Source: Azospirillum sp. SYSU D00513
GTDB lineage: Bacteria; Pseudomonadota; Alphaproteobacteria; Azospirillales; Azospirillaceae
DNA length: 24,000 nucleotides
Assembly: GCF_017356015.1 (NCBI RefSeq)
Contig: NZ_JAFIQV010000004.1
Coordinates: 210,954 to 234,953, forward strand
Direction: 5' to 3'
In this document: positions 15,993 to 23,626 of the stretch, one piece after another
Layout: each line of letters opens with the position of its first letter
Numbering within the stretch: the stretch's first letter is position 1
The notes under the pieces: generated by a model
What the model saw: only the letters and a program-made list of their open reading frames with translations
What the model was told of the DNA's origin: nothing
Database searches by the model: none
Program-made: the position numbers and the translations under genes

Positions 15993-16678
15993 GATCGCAA
16001 ATGGTCAATAGCATGAAGCCACCTGTTGAAAGTATAATTGCGAGTCGAGGTATTGAAGAAGTTTTGCATTTTACAACAAACAACGGATTCGTGGGATGTC
16101 TTGAAATGGGAAGTGTTTTGTCAAGATATCGCCTTCCAAATGAAAAGCACTTATCGTACATCATGGCGCCTACTGCTGATAGAGAAGAAGGAAAGGAATG
16201 GTTTGATAAAACAGAGAATTGGCTGGACTATGTCAATATGTCTGTATCTGAGATAAATTATAGGTTCTTTAGCTTTGCGCAGAGGCGACATCATGGATCA
16301 GACAGGTGGTTTTTGATATTATCATTTTCCTCAGAAATTCTGACTCATGAAAACGTATATTTCACGACTACGAATAATATATATGTTCCTTATGTAAAAA
16401 GAGCACGACATGGGCAAGGATTAGAGGCCATGTTTGCTCCTAATATACAGCGTAAAGCTTCTTGGTATGCTAATCGTGCCCGTCGTGCCGAACGACTTAC
16501 AACCTGTGAGCAGGCTGAGGTACTTTACCCATGCCAGCTTTCGTTAGACTATCTCATGAGGGTCTACGCTCGGACTGAGGACGAAGCTGATCACGCCGCT
16601 GGCTGTTTACGCAGATATCAGCGTTCAAATGTTGCAGTCCTTCTAGATCCGTCTAAATTCGACGGTCAGCCGAACTAG
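15989..16678 (+). CDS. DarT-like (DUF4433-like) ADP-ribosyltransferase, divergent; 229 aa from GTG 15989 (alternative ATG 16001/16013)
   Basis: Compared by eye with Thermus DarT as I remember it. EVLHFTTNNGFVGCLEMGSVL matches IYHITHIDNLKGILRMGKLL. DYVNMSVSEINYRFFSF matches DYVPFYFCPRSPMLY. ILSFSSEILTHENVYFTTTNN matches LVSS..AV...GLPFVFTDRH. CEQAEVLYPCQLSLDYLMRVY matches RRQAEFLVRYRIPWSLVEEIVV, which carries the catalytic Glu. Not verified by a profile search. Confidence 0.5.
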   Translation: MRSQMVNSMKPPVESIIASRGIEEVLHFTTNNGFVGCLEMGSVLSRYRLPNEKHLSYIMAPTADREEGKEWFDKTENWLDYVNMSVSEINYRFFSFAQRRHHGSDRWFLILSFSSEILTHENVYFTTTNNIYVPYVKRARHGQGLEAMFAPNIQRKASWYANRARRAERLTTCEQAEVLYPCQLSLDYLMRVYARTEDEADHAAGCLRRYQRSNVAVLLDPSKFDGQPN

Positions 16679-16699
16679 GCTTGGAAATGGGAGAGCAAG

Positions 16700-18397
16700 G
16701 TGCCCGATGTCGATACCGCCGTCACCAATTCCGCATTGTGGGCGGCCGCCGGCGATGCGCTTGGCTGGATAGCTGAATTAACAGATGAGGCAGGTTTGAT
16801 TCGACGCATCGGCAAAGGTCGGCTATGCCGACCAGTCAGCTGGCGGCGAAAAATCGGAGGTATGAATGGTGCGACGGTTCAACTCCCTGAAGGGACGTAC
16901 TCCGATGATACACAGCTCCGAATAGCGGTTTGCCGTTCAATTCGCGGAGATGGATCGTTTGATACAGAAGCATTTGCTAAAATCGAATTACCAGTATGGC
17001 TGAATTATTCACTCGGCGCGGGGCGAGGAACTAAAGCTGCAGCCACGAACCTTTCCAAGCGTGATGTCAGTTGGTACTCCAACTTTTTCACTGGTGGCAA
17101 TGGGCGTGGCTACGTCGACGCGGGCGGAAACGGAGCCGCTATGCGCATACAGCCGCATGTATGGCAAACTGGTGGCAGTGCTAAACGGAGTTATCTGGGA
17201 AACGTTATTCGAGATGCTGTCGTTACTCACGGCCATATGCGAGGTATACTTGGAGCGGTATTTCATGCGGACTGTGTAGCATATGCGCTTAGAGAGGGAC
17301 GTGTGCCCTCTCCTGAGTCTTGGGAGGAATTCATTGAAGACGGCTTCCGGTCAGTAAAGAGTGCGCTCGAATCGGATCCACAGCTTAGTAGATTTTGGTT
17401 AAGCTCATGGGAGGCGGAGAGCCAGAAGCCTTTTGGCCATGCAATCGAAGCAACGATAAATGAAGCAAAGCAATTATTGCGCCGTCTTTCTGTTGCTATA
17501 GAAAGCCCGTCCTTCGATGCATACGTCAGGGTTTTAGATGCATTAGACATGCGGTCAGAAGAGCGACGTGGCGCTGGCCTCCATTCAGCGTTAGCTGCAG
17601 TTTCAGCTGCATGGCTATATAAATATGATCAGATCGAATTTGCGTTAGTTGAGGTTGTGAATGTTATCGGCTCTGACACTGATACAATTGCAACAATGGT
17701 AGGAGCTATTCTCGGCGCGACCAGCAATCATGCTCCTGAATGGCCTATTCAGGATCATGCATATATTGTCGCACAAGCCCAAAGGCTTGCGCGTATAGCC
17801 AAGGGGGCTTCAGAAGAAAGTTTCCCTTATCCTGACCTGTTCTCTTGGCAGGCTCCCACTACGCAAAGTGATGGAGTGGGTAAAATTGAGGATGGTCTCG
17901 CTATCGCTGGTCTTGGGAAAATAGAAGTGTTTGGGGAGAGGTGGATTTCAGGGAATTTTTCATGGCAATGGGCGCGTCTTCCATTTGGTCAAACTGTTCT
18001 ATGTAAAATGAAATCGGAAATGGCGGGGGTGGTTCCGGCTTATAATCTTCCGCCCTTAGAGCAAGGAAAAAGTAGGTCGGCATCTAAGTCTCAAGATGCT
18101 GGCGTGCTGCATCAGGAAAAGTTGCCGCTTAATGTAAGTGAGCATTTTAAGAAAGAAGAGTTGGATCTCCGGAGTCTGCCAAACGCAGCATTAAGTCATA
18201 ACGGACGATTGCAGAAAGGAAGGACGCTTGATATGATAACTGATGAGGTCATAAGAAATAACTTTGATGAGCGAGTTATTGGGGTGTGTTTTCTGGAGTG
18301 CCTAAATTCTGAGGAGGGTATTGAACGGGCGATGGCATTTTCTGCTATTCTTGCAAAAGCTCATCTTGCTCGAAACAGAAGAAATAGCAGACGTTAG
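16700..18397 (+). CDS. ADP-ribosylglycohydrolase (ARH/DraG family) with ~190-aa uncharacterised C-terminal extension, 565 aa
   Basis: GTG start 5 nt after GGGAGA. ARH signature motifs are present: AAGDALGW (nt 16751-), GTYSDDTQL (SDDT at 16901-16912), GGNGAAMRI, and GSDTDTIATMVGAILGA (DTDT at 17675-17686). Residues ~375-565 match nothing I recognise. Confidence 0.85.
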   Translation: MPDVDTAVTNSALWAAAGDALGWIAELTDEAGLIRRIGKGRLCRPVSWRRKIGGMNGATVQLPEGTYSDDTQLRIAVCRSIRGDGSFDTEAFAKIELPVWLNYSLGAGRGTKAAATNLSKRDVSWYSNFFTGGNGRGYVDAGGNGAAMRIQPHVWQTGGSAKRSYLGNVIRDAVVTHGHMRGILGAVFHADCVAYALREGRVPSPESWEEFIEDGFRSVKSALESDPQLSRFWLSSWEAESQKPFGHAIEATINEAKQLLRRLSVAIESPSFDAYVRVLDALDMRSEERRGAGLHSALAAVSAAWLYKYDQIEFALVEVVNVIGSDTDTIATMVGAILGATSNHAPEWPIQDHAYIVAQAQRLARIAKGASEESFPYPDLFSWQAPTTQSDGVGKIEDGLAIAGLGKIEVFGERWISGNFSWQWARLPFGQTVLCKMKSEMAGVVPAYNLPPLEQGKSRSASKSQDAGVLHQEKLPLNVSEHFKKEELDLRSLPNAALSHNGRLQKGRTLDMITDEVIRNNFDERVIGVCFLECLNSEEGIERAMAFSAILAKAHLARNRRNSRR

Positions 18398-18460
18398 GGT
18401 CCATGGTTAATAAAATTCCAAAAGGACATTAGAAAACTCGACAGAGGAATAAGATATACG

Positions 18461-18487
18461 GGATGCAGGGTTGTGATGCCTGCATCC
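18461..18487 (+). terminator. hairpin, candidate intrinsic terminator of the island operon
   Basis: GGATGCAGG-gttgtgatg-CCTGCATCC forms a perfect 9-bp stem, 63 nt after the ARH stop, followed by ATTATCTTCC (moderately T-rich). Confidence 0.5.
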
Positions 18488-18605
18488 ATTATCTTCCAAC
18501 AACCAAATTAGGTATGTTCACCGGATTGCCGGAACTGGTGTTGCAGCATCACGCGCTTGGCGTATTGATGGATGTGAGCTAATAGGTGTTGCGACGCAAA
18601 GCCCG

Positions 18606-19078
18606 ATGTGGGTCAAGGTCATGATGACGCGCCGCGGCCGACATTGCCTGAACTTGGAGGATAAAGACACGCTGGCTCGGGCGCCACCGGATCGTATCGC
18701 AGCGCTCAGAGCGAAACTGGGACAGCCGCCGAAGACGCCGAACAAATCCAGCCTGCTGTCGGCCGTTGCGTTCGAAGCAAGCCTAGAAGCCTGCGGCTAC
18801 GCGAGAACTTGTCCCCGGCCCCACTACACTAACAACTGCCATGGTATGTGTGCGCCCGCTGTTCTTCGGACATCATGACCCATGGCCAAGTGGATCACCA
18901 TGCCTACGACCACGTTGTCCTGCTGACGATTCTGCCTGACGTGACGCGGCCCCAGATTTTCGGCCGGTGCTGTCCCGACTCTCGGCTGCGGGTGCGTGCG
19001 GAGCGCTCCCGACACCATACCGCTAAGCTCGCCCTTTCGCCCACCTATTCTGACGATGGTGGCCCATCGCCATCATGA
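18606..19078 (+). pseudogene. IS66-family transposase N-terminal remnant, frameshifted and truncated
   Basis: Frame 1 gives RIAALRAKLGQPPKTPNKSS (IS66 LGxPPKTPxNSS motif). Frame 2 gives HAYDHVVLLTILPDVTRPQIFGRCCP (IS66 zinc-finger-region motif YDH.E.P.I.PDVTR..L.GG.CP). No DDE domain follows. Confidence 0.45.
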
Positions 19079-19358
19079 ACACGCAATAAGCTATGAGCGG
19101 CTGCTCCTATTATGGCCAAGCTTTTCAGGCCGCGTATGAACGCAGTGTAATCGGTAAAGTTTTCGGCGAAAATGGCTGTATGTCTGAGTATCTCATTACT
19201 GGTGCGTTCAGCAGGGCTAAGCCAAGACCCATTAGGCCTGCTTGTCCTATGTGCAGAAAGATGTCGAGTGTGTTATTATCGACAGCAAGCGTCACTTCTT
19301 ACCAGCTTGGGACGTCCATTGTCGTCGAGGGACGACCAGGGGAATCGCTTGAACGGTT

Positions 19359-19673
19359 TCAGGCTGGTTGGCGGATAACGGCCTCCAGGTAATCGCTGTT
19401 CCATGATGCCTTTTTGCGTTGAACGGCGAAGCTCTGCTTTCCCGGAGCGGCGCGCAGCAGGTTCATGGCCATGTGGCGCAAGACGGCCATGTTCTGCGGC
19501 CCGCGGTCGGAGCGGAGGCGGCAGAGGTCGTCATGAAAGACGACGTCCATCACCCAGTGCAGGCCGTTTTCCACGTGCCAGTGGCAGCGTACGGCATGGG
19601 CGAACAGCCGCGCGTCAAGAGGGGCGGAGGACAGGAACTGCACGAGCAGCGCGACCGGCTCGCTGCCGCCCAT
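19359..19673 (-). pseudogene. ISAs1-family transposase, C-terminal ~100 aa only
   Basis: FAHAVRCHWHVENGLHWVMDVVFHDDLCRLRSDRGPQNMAVLRHMAMNLLR....K.S...KRKKASWNSDYLEAVI matches the ISAs1/H-repeat C-terminal signature (HW.IEN.LHW.LDV.F.ED..R.R......N.A.LR..ALNLL). The N-terminal ~280 aa are missing, and the fragment abuts the EamA gene. Confidence 0.8.
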
Positions 19674-19685
19674 TGAGCGGGGCGG

Positions 19686-20549
19686 TCAGCGGGCGAAGCG
19701 TTTGGCCCCGGCCACGCAGGCCACGACCGCTCCCGTGACGGCCACCATCGGCCAGCCGACAGTTTCGCCCAGCAGGGTCGCGGCGAGCGTCAGGCCGAAG
19801 AAGGGCTGGAGGAGCTGCAACTGCCCGACGGCGGCGATGCCGCCCAGCGCCAGGCCGCGGTACCAGAACATGAAGCCGATCAGCATGCTGAACAGGCTGA
19901 CATAGCCGAGCCCGATCCAGGCGCCCGTCCCGATGGCGGCCCAGGAGCGGGGCAGGGTGCCGAGCATCAGGGGCAGCATGACGGGCAGGGACAGGACCAG
20001 CGCCCAGGAGATCACCTGCCAGCCGCCCAGCCGGCGCGACAGCCGGGCGCCCTCCGCGTAGCCCAGGCCGCAGAGCAGGATGGCGGCGAGCATCAGCGCG
20101 TCGCCGGCCAGCGAGGCGGTGCCGCCCTGGAACAGGGCGAAGCCGGCGACCAGCAGGCTGCCGCAGCCGGAGAAGAGCCAGAAGGCCGGCTTGGGGCGCT
20201 CGCCCCCGCGCAGCACGCCGAACGCCGCCGTCGCCAGCGGCAGCAGGCCAATGAAGACCAGCGAATGGGCCGAGGTGACGTGGCGCAGCGCCAGCGCCGT
20301 CAGCAGGGGGAAGCCCACCACCACGCCGCCCGCCACGACGATCAGGGGCAGGAGGTCGGCGCGGTCCGGCCGGCGGACGCGCAGGGCCAGCAGCAGGGCC
20401 AGCGCCAGCAGTGCGGCGATGGAGGCGCGGGCGACCGTCAGGAACAGCGGCTCGAAATCGGCCACGGCGGCCCGCGTGGCGGGCAGGGAGCCGCTGAAGA
20501 TCAGCATTCCCAGGAAGCCGTTGACCCAGCCAACCACCGATCGGTCCAT
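19686..20549 (-). CDS. EamA/DMT-superfamily transporter
   Basis: About 10 predicted TM helices in a two-EamA-repeat architecture (GMLIFSGSLPATR...; GYVSLFSMLIGFMFWYRGL). ATG at 20549 is preferred over TTG at 20576. Divergent from a MocR regulator. Confidence 0.85.
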   Translation of the reverse strand: MDRSVVGWVNGFLGMLIFSGSLPATRAAVADFEPLFLTVARASIAALLALALLLALRVRRPDRADLLPLIVVAGGVVVGFPLLTALALRHVTSAHSLVFIGLLPLATAAFGVLRGGERPKPAFWLFSGCGSLLVAGFALFQGGTASLAGDALMLAAILLCGLGYAEGARLSRRLGGWQVISWALVLSLPVMLPLMLGTLPRSWAAIGTGAWIGLGYVSLFSMLIGFMFWYRGLALGGIAAVGQLQLLQPFFGLTLAATLLGETVGWPMVAVTGAVVACVAGAKRFAR

Positions 20550-20679
20550 CGTCGCTCTCCGCCGCGCGCGGCCCAATGGCGGCCTCTGTCGCCCGCCTTA
20601 TCGCGCGGCGGGCCATGGCCTTTCCAGGGACAGTCCATTACAGTTTGCCCGAACTGTCATGCTCCGGGGAGCGGTACGG

Positions 20680-22098
20680 ATGGACGGGTCGGGCGTCGCG
20701 GGCGTGGAGCTTTCCAGTGGGGAGGGCGGCACGCTGGTCGAAAGGGTCATGATGGCGATCCGGCAGCGGATCGCCGGGCGCACGCTGGCGCCGGGTGCGA
20801 AGCTGCCTTCCATCCGCGCCTTCGCGGAGGCCGCGGGCGTGTCGAAATCGACGGTGGTCGAGGCCTACGACCGGCTCGCCGCCGAGGGGGTGATCCAGCC
20901 CAGGCGCGGCTCCGGATTCTATGTGGCCGGCCACGCGCCGCCCCTGACGCTCGCCGACCTCGGCCCCCGGCTGGACCGCGCCGTCGATCCGCTCTGGATC
21001 TCCCGCCAGTCGCTGGAGGCGGGGGAGGAGGTGCTGAAACCCGGCTGCGGCTGGCTCCCGGCTTCCTGGATGCCGGAGGAGGCGATCCGGCGGAGCCTGC
21101 GGTCGCTCGCCCGCTCGCCCCAGGTCGGCGTCACCGACTACGGCCCGCCGCTCGGGCTGCCGGCGCTGCGGCAGCTCCTCTGCCGGCGGCTGGCCGAGCG
21201 TGGGATCGAGGCGGGGCCGCAGCAGATCATGCTCACCGAATCAGGCACGCAGGCGATCGACCTGCTGTGCCGCTTCCTGATCGAGCCCGGCGACACGGTG
21301 CTGGTGGACGATCCCTGCTACTTCAACTTCCACGCCATGCTGCGCGCCCACCGGGCGACCGTCGTCGGCGTGCCCTACACCCCCGCCGGGCCGGACATCG
21401 AGCGCTTCGCCGCCGCACTCGCGGAGCATCGCCCGCGCCTCTACATCACTAACGCCGCCCTCCACAACCCGACCGGCGCGACGCTGGCGCCCGCGGTGGC
21501 GCACCGGCTGCTGAAGCTCGCCGAGCAGCACGGGCTGACCATCGTTGAGGACGACATCTTCGCCGACTTCGAGCCGGAGCCGGCGCCGCGCCTCGCCGCC
21601 TTCGACGGGCTGGAGCGGGTCATCAGCATCGGCAGCTTTTCCAAGACGCTGTCGGCCGCCATCCGCTGCGGCTACATCGCGGCGCGGCCCGACTGGCTCG
21701 AGGGGCTTCTCGACCTGAAGGTCGCCACATCCTTCGGCAGCGGCCCCTTCTCGGCGGAGCTGGTGCTGGCCCTGCTGAAGGACGGCACCTACCGACGGCA
21801 TGTGGAGGGGTTGCGGCAGAACCTCGCCCGCGTCATGGGGGAGACGGCGCGGCGGCTGCGGGTCGCCGGGCTGACGCCCTGGATCGAGCCGCGCGGCGGC
21901 ATGTTCCTGTGGTGCGGCCTGCCCGACGGGCTGGACGCGGCGGAGATCGCGCGGCGGGCCTTGGCCGAGGGGGTCGTGCTGGCGCCCGGCAACGCCTTCA
22001 GCCTGTCGGGCTCGGCGGGCCGCTTCCTGCGCTTCAACGCGGCGCAGTCGCGCGACCCGCGCGTCTTCGAGGTGCTGGAACGCGCGATGCGCGGGTGA
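20680..22098 (+). CDS. MocR/GabR-type GntR-family regulator with aminotransferase-like (PLP fold type I) domain
   Basis: wHTH segment (AIRQRIAGRTLAPGAKLPSIRAFAEAAGVSKSTVVEAYDRLAAEGVIQPRRGSGFYV), then a class-I aminotransferase-like domain (YITNAALHNPTGATL, SFSKTLSAAIRCGY). The start is ambiguous between 20659 and 20680. The ORF-track start at 20080 is an extension antisense to EamA. Confidence 0.88.
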   Translation: MDGSGVAGVELSSGEGGTLVERVMMAIRQRIAGRTLAPGAKLPSIRAFAEAAGVSKSTVVEAYDRLAAEGVIQPRRGSGFYVAGHAPPLTLADLGPRLDRAVDPLWISRQSLEAGEEVLKPGCGWLPASWMPEEAIRRSLRSLARSPQVGVTDYGPPLGLPALRQLLCRRLAERGIEAGPQQIMLTESGTQAIDLLCRFLIEPGDTVLVDDPCYFNFHAMLRAHRATVVGVPYTPAGPDIERFAAALAEHRPRLYITNAALHNPTGATLAPAVAHRLLKLAEQHGLTIVEDDIFADFEPEPAPRLAAFDGLERVISIGSFSKTLSAAIRCGYIAARPDWLEGLLDLKVATSFGSGPFSAELVLALLKDGTYRRHVEGLRQNLARVMGETARRLRVAGLTPWIEPRGGMFLWCGLPDGLDAAEIARRALAEGVVLAPGNAFSLSGSAGRFLRFNAAQSRDPRVFEVLERAMRG

Positions 22099-22102
22099 CC
22101 GG

Positions 22103-22873
22103 CTACAACGTGCCGAAGCTGCGGGCCAGCGAGCCGGCGATCAGGTACCAGCCGTCCACCAGCACGAAGAAGATGATCTTGAAGGGGATCGCCACCATCG
22201 TCGGCGGCAGCATCATCATGCCCATCGAGGTCAGGATCGACGACACCACCATGTCGATGATCAGGAAGGGCAGGAACAGCAGGAAGCCGATCTCGAAGGC
22301 GCGCTTGATCTCGGAGATCATGAAGGCCGGCACCAGCACCTGGAGCGGCGTCTGCGATTCCTCCTGCACGTTGTCGATGCGCGCCATGTCCATGAACAGG
22401 CGCAGCTCGCGCTCGTTGGTATGGCGCAGCATGAACTCGCGGAAGGGGGCGGCAACGCGCTGGAAGGCCTCCATCTCGTCGATGTCCTCGGCGATCAGCG
22501 GCTGGATGCCCTGCTCGTAGGCGCGCTCGAACACCGGCGCCATGATGAAGAAGGTGAGGAACATCGCCAGCGACACCATCACGGTGTTGGGCGGCACCTG
22601 CTGGACACCCAGAGCCGAACGCAGGAAGGACAGCACGATCACGATGCGGGTGAAGGCCGTCATCATGATCAGGATCGAGGGCGCCAGCGACAGCACCGTG
22701 ATCAGCGCCACGAGCTGGACGATGCGGCCGGTCGCCGATCCCCCGGCGTCGCCGAGGTCGAAGGTCATGCTCTGCGCCAGCGCCGGCCCGGCGGCGAGCG
22801 CGCCGGCGAGGCCGATGCCGAGCGCCAGCAGCAGGGCGAGGCCGAGCCGCCGGGGGGAGAGCGCGCCCGTCAC
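22103..22873 (-). CDS. fliP: flagellar T3SS export gate protein FliP
   Basis: The GTG at 22873 overlaps the fliO stop (GTGA). Signal peptide, then the highly conserved FliP core (SILIMMTAFTRIVIVLSFLRSALG.QQ.PPN.V..SLA.FLTFFIM.PV; PAFMISE.K.AF.IGF.LFLPFLIIDMVVSSILTSMGMMMLPP). The ORF-track start at 23161 is an extension. Confidence 0.95.
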   Translation of the reverse strand: MTGALSPRRLGLALLLALGIGLAGALAAGPALAQSMTFDLGDAGGSATGRIVQLVALITVLSLAPSILIMMTAFTRIVIVLSFLRSALGVQQVPPNTVMVSLAMFLTFFIMAPVFERAYEQGIQPLIAEDIDEMEAFQRVAAPFREFMLRHTNERELRLFMDMARIDNVQEESQTPLQVLVPAFMISEIKRAFEIGFLLFLPFLIIDMVVSSILTSMGMMMLPPTMVAIPFKIIFFVLVDGWYLIAGSLARSFGTL

Positions 22874-23232
22874 GGCTGCCTCCGGGCGCTCAGCTCGTCG
22901 GGCCGGGCGGACGCCTCGGGGTTGGGGGCGGGCGTGCTGGCCGACGCGTCGCCCAGCGCGGTGCGGAAACCGGCGCGGACACCGGATTCGACCACCCGGT
23001 CGCCGACCGGTCCCAGCAGGATCAGGTGCTCCTGGTCGTCCCGCCGCACGAGGACGAGCCGCCGCTTGGCGTCGAGCGCCAGCACCTCGACCACGCCCAG
23101 CCGGCGCTGGCGCGCGTTGGAGCCCATCATGCCGCCGAAGCCGACGCGGCGCAGCAGCCACCCGACCGCCATGATCAGGAAGATGACGAAGAGCAGGGCG
23201 GAAGCGAACTGGACATACTGTTCGAGCGTCAT
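22870..23232 (-). CDS. fliO: flagellar biosynthesis protein FliO
   Basis: The 120 aa from ATG 23232 have a single TM helix (ASALLFVIFLIMAVGWLL), then R.L.VVEVLALDAKRRLVLVRRDDQEHLILLG, which is typical of FliO. Immediately upstream of fliP. Confidence 0.7.
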   Translation of the reverse strand: MTLEQYVQFASALLFVIFLIMAVGWLLRRVGFGGMMGSNARQRRLGVVEVLALDAKRRLVLVRRDDQEHLILLGPVGDRVVESGVRAGFRTALGDASASTPAPNPEASARPDELSARRQP

Positions 23233-23236
23233 GGGA

Positions 23237-23626
23237 TCAGGCCGGCTTCTCGGATTCGGGTGCGGAGGGTGCCGCGATGGCGACGGGGCCGGGCTCGCCC
23301 TGGGCGGACCGCCCATAGGCGGCGGTGGCGCGCTGGCGCGCCGTGTAGGGATCGGGGCGGCCCTCGGCGGCGTCGCGCAGCAGCGCGTGCTGCCGGTCGA
23401 GCGAGCCGGCCAGCGAGTCCAGCGTGCCGAGCAGCCGCTCCAGTTCGGGCAGAAGCTCCTTCGCCTGGGCGCCAGGCAGGCCGGCGGCGGCCGCGCACAG
23501 CGCGCCGACCCGTTCGTCCAGCCCGGCGAGGTCGAGCGGCGCCCCGGCCTCGGCCTGGGCGCGGGCGTCCTCCAGGGCGGTGGCCACGGCCGCGAGGTCG
23601 CGGCGGAGGTCGGTGCGTGTCGTCAC
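23237..23626 (-). CDS. hypothetical helical protein in the flagellar export operon (129 aa)
   Basis: The GTG start overlaps the upstream stop (GTGA). Ala/Leu-rich, helical-looking sequence. No family recognised. Sits between the flhB-C-like gene and fliO. Confidence 0.45.
   Translation of the reverse strand: MTTRTDLRRDLAAVATALEDARAQAEAGAPLDLAGLDERVGALCAAAAGLPGAQAKELLPELERLLGTLDSLAGSLDRQHALLRDAAEGRPDPYTARQRATAAYGRSAQGEPGPVAIAAPSAPESEKPA

Larger units (their letters stand above)
13735..19685. other. AT-rich horizontally acquired island bounded by IS remnants
   Basis: The composition changes abruptly right after the stop at 13731 and right before the EamA stop at 19686. AT-rich codon usage (AAA, TTA, ATA) is absent from the flanks. 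There are three different truncated transposase genes. Confidence 0.8.

Noticed and set aside
15331-18083. Short internal or antisense ORFs within the island genes (15331..15540, 15788..16069, 15973..16164, 16038..16256, 17009..17266, 17061..17279, 17263..17550, 17901..18083)
   Set aside because: All are nested in, or antisense to, the three long motif-bearing CDSs. None has recognisable features.
19093-19392. 99-aa plus-strand ORF between the IS66 and ISAs1 remnants (also 19172..19378)
   Set aside because: I recognise no family. It lies in decayed DNA that probably includes the terminal region of the ISAs1 element, so I cannot support it as a gene.
20080-20679. N-terminal 200 codons of the 672-aa ORF-track MocR ORF; also 20265..21452 and 19615..20616
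   Set aside because: This stretch is antisense to or out of frame with the EamA transporter gene and has a low-complexity translation. The wHTH domain begins just after 20680.
22874-23161. Extended FliP start (352 aa) and plus-strand ORFs 22421..23779, 22542..23174, 23026..23679
   Set aside because: The extension overlaps fliO in another frame. The FliP signal peptide starts at GTG 22873, coupled to the fliO stop. The plus-strand ORFs are antisense GC artefacts.
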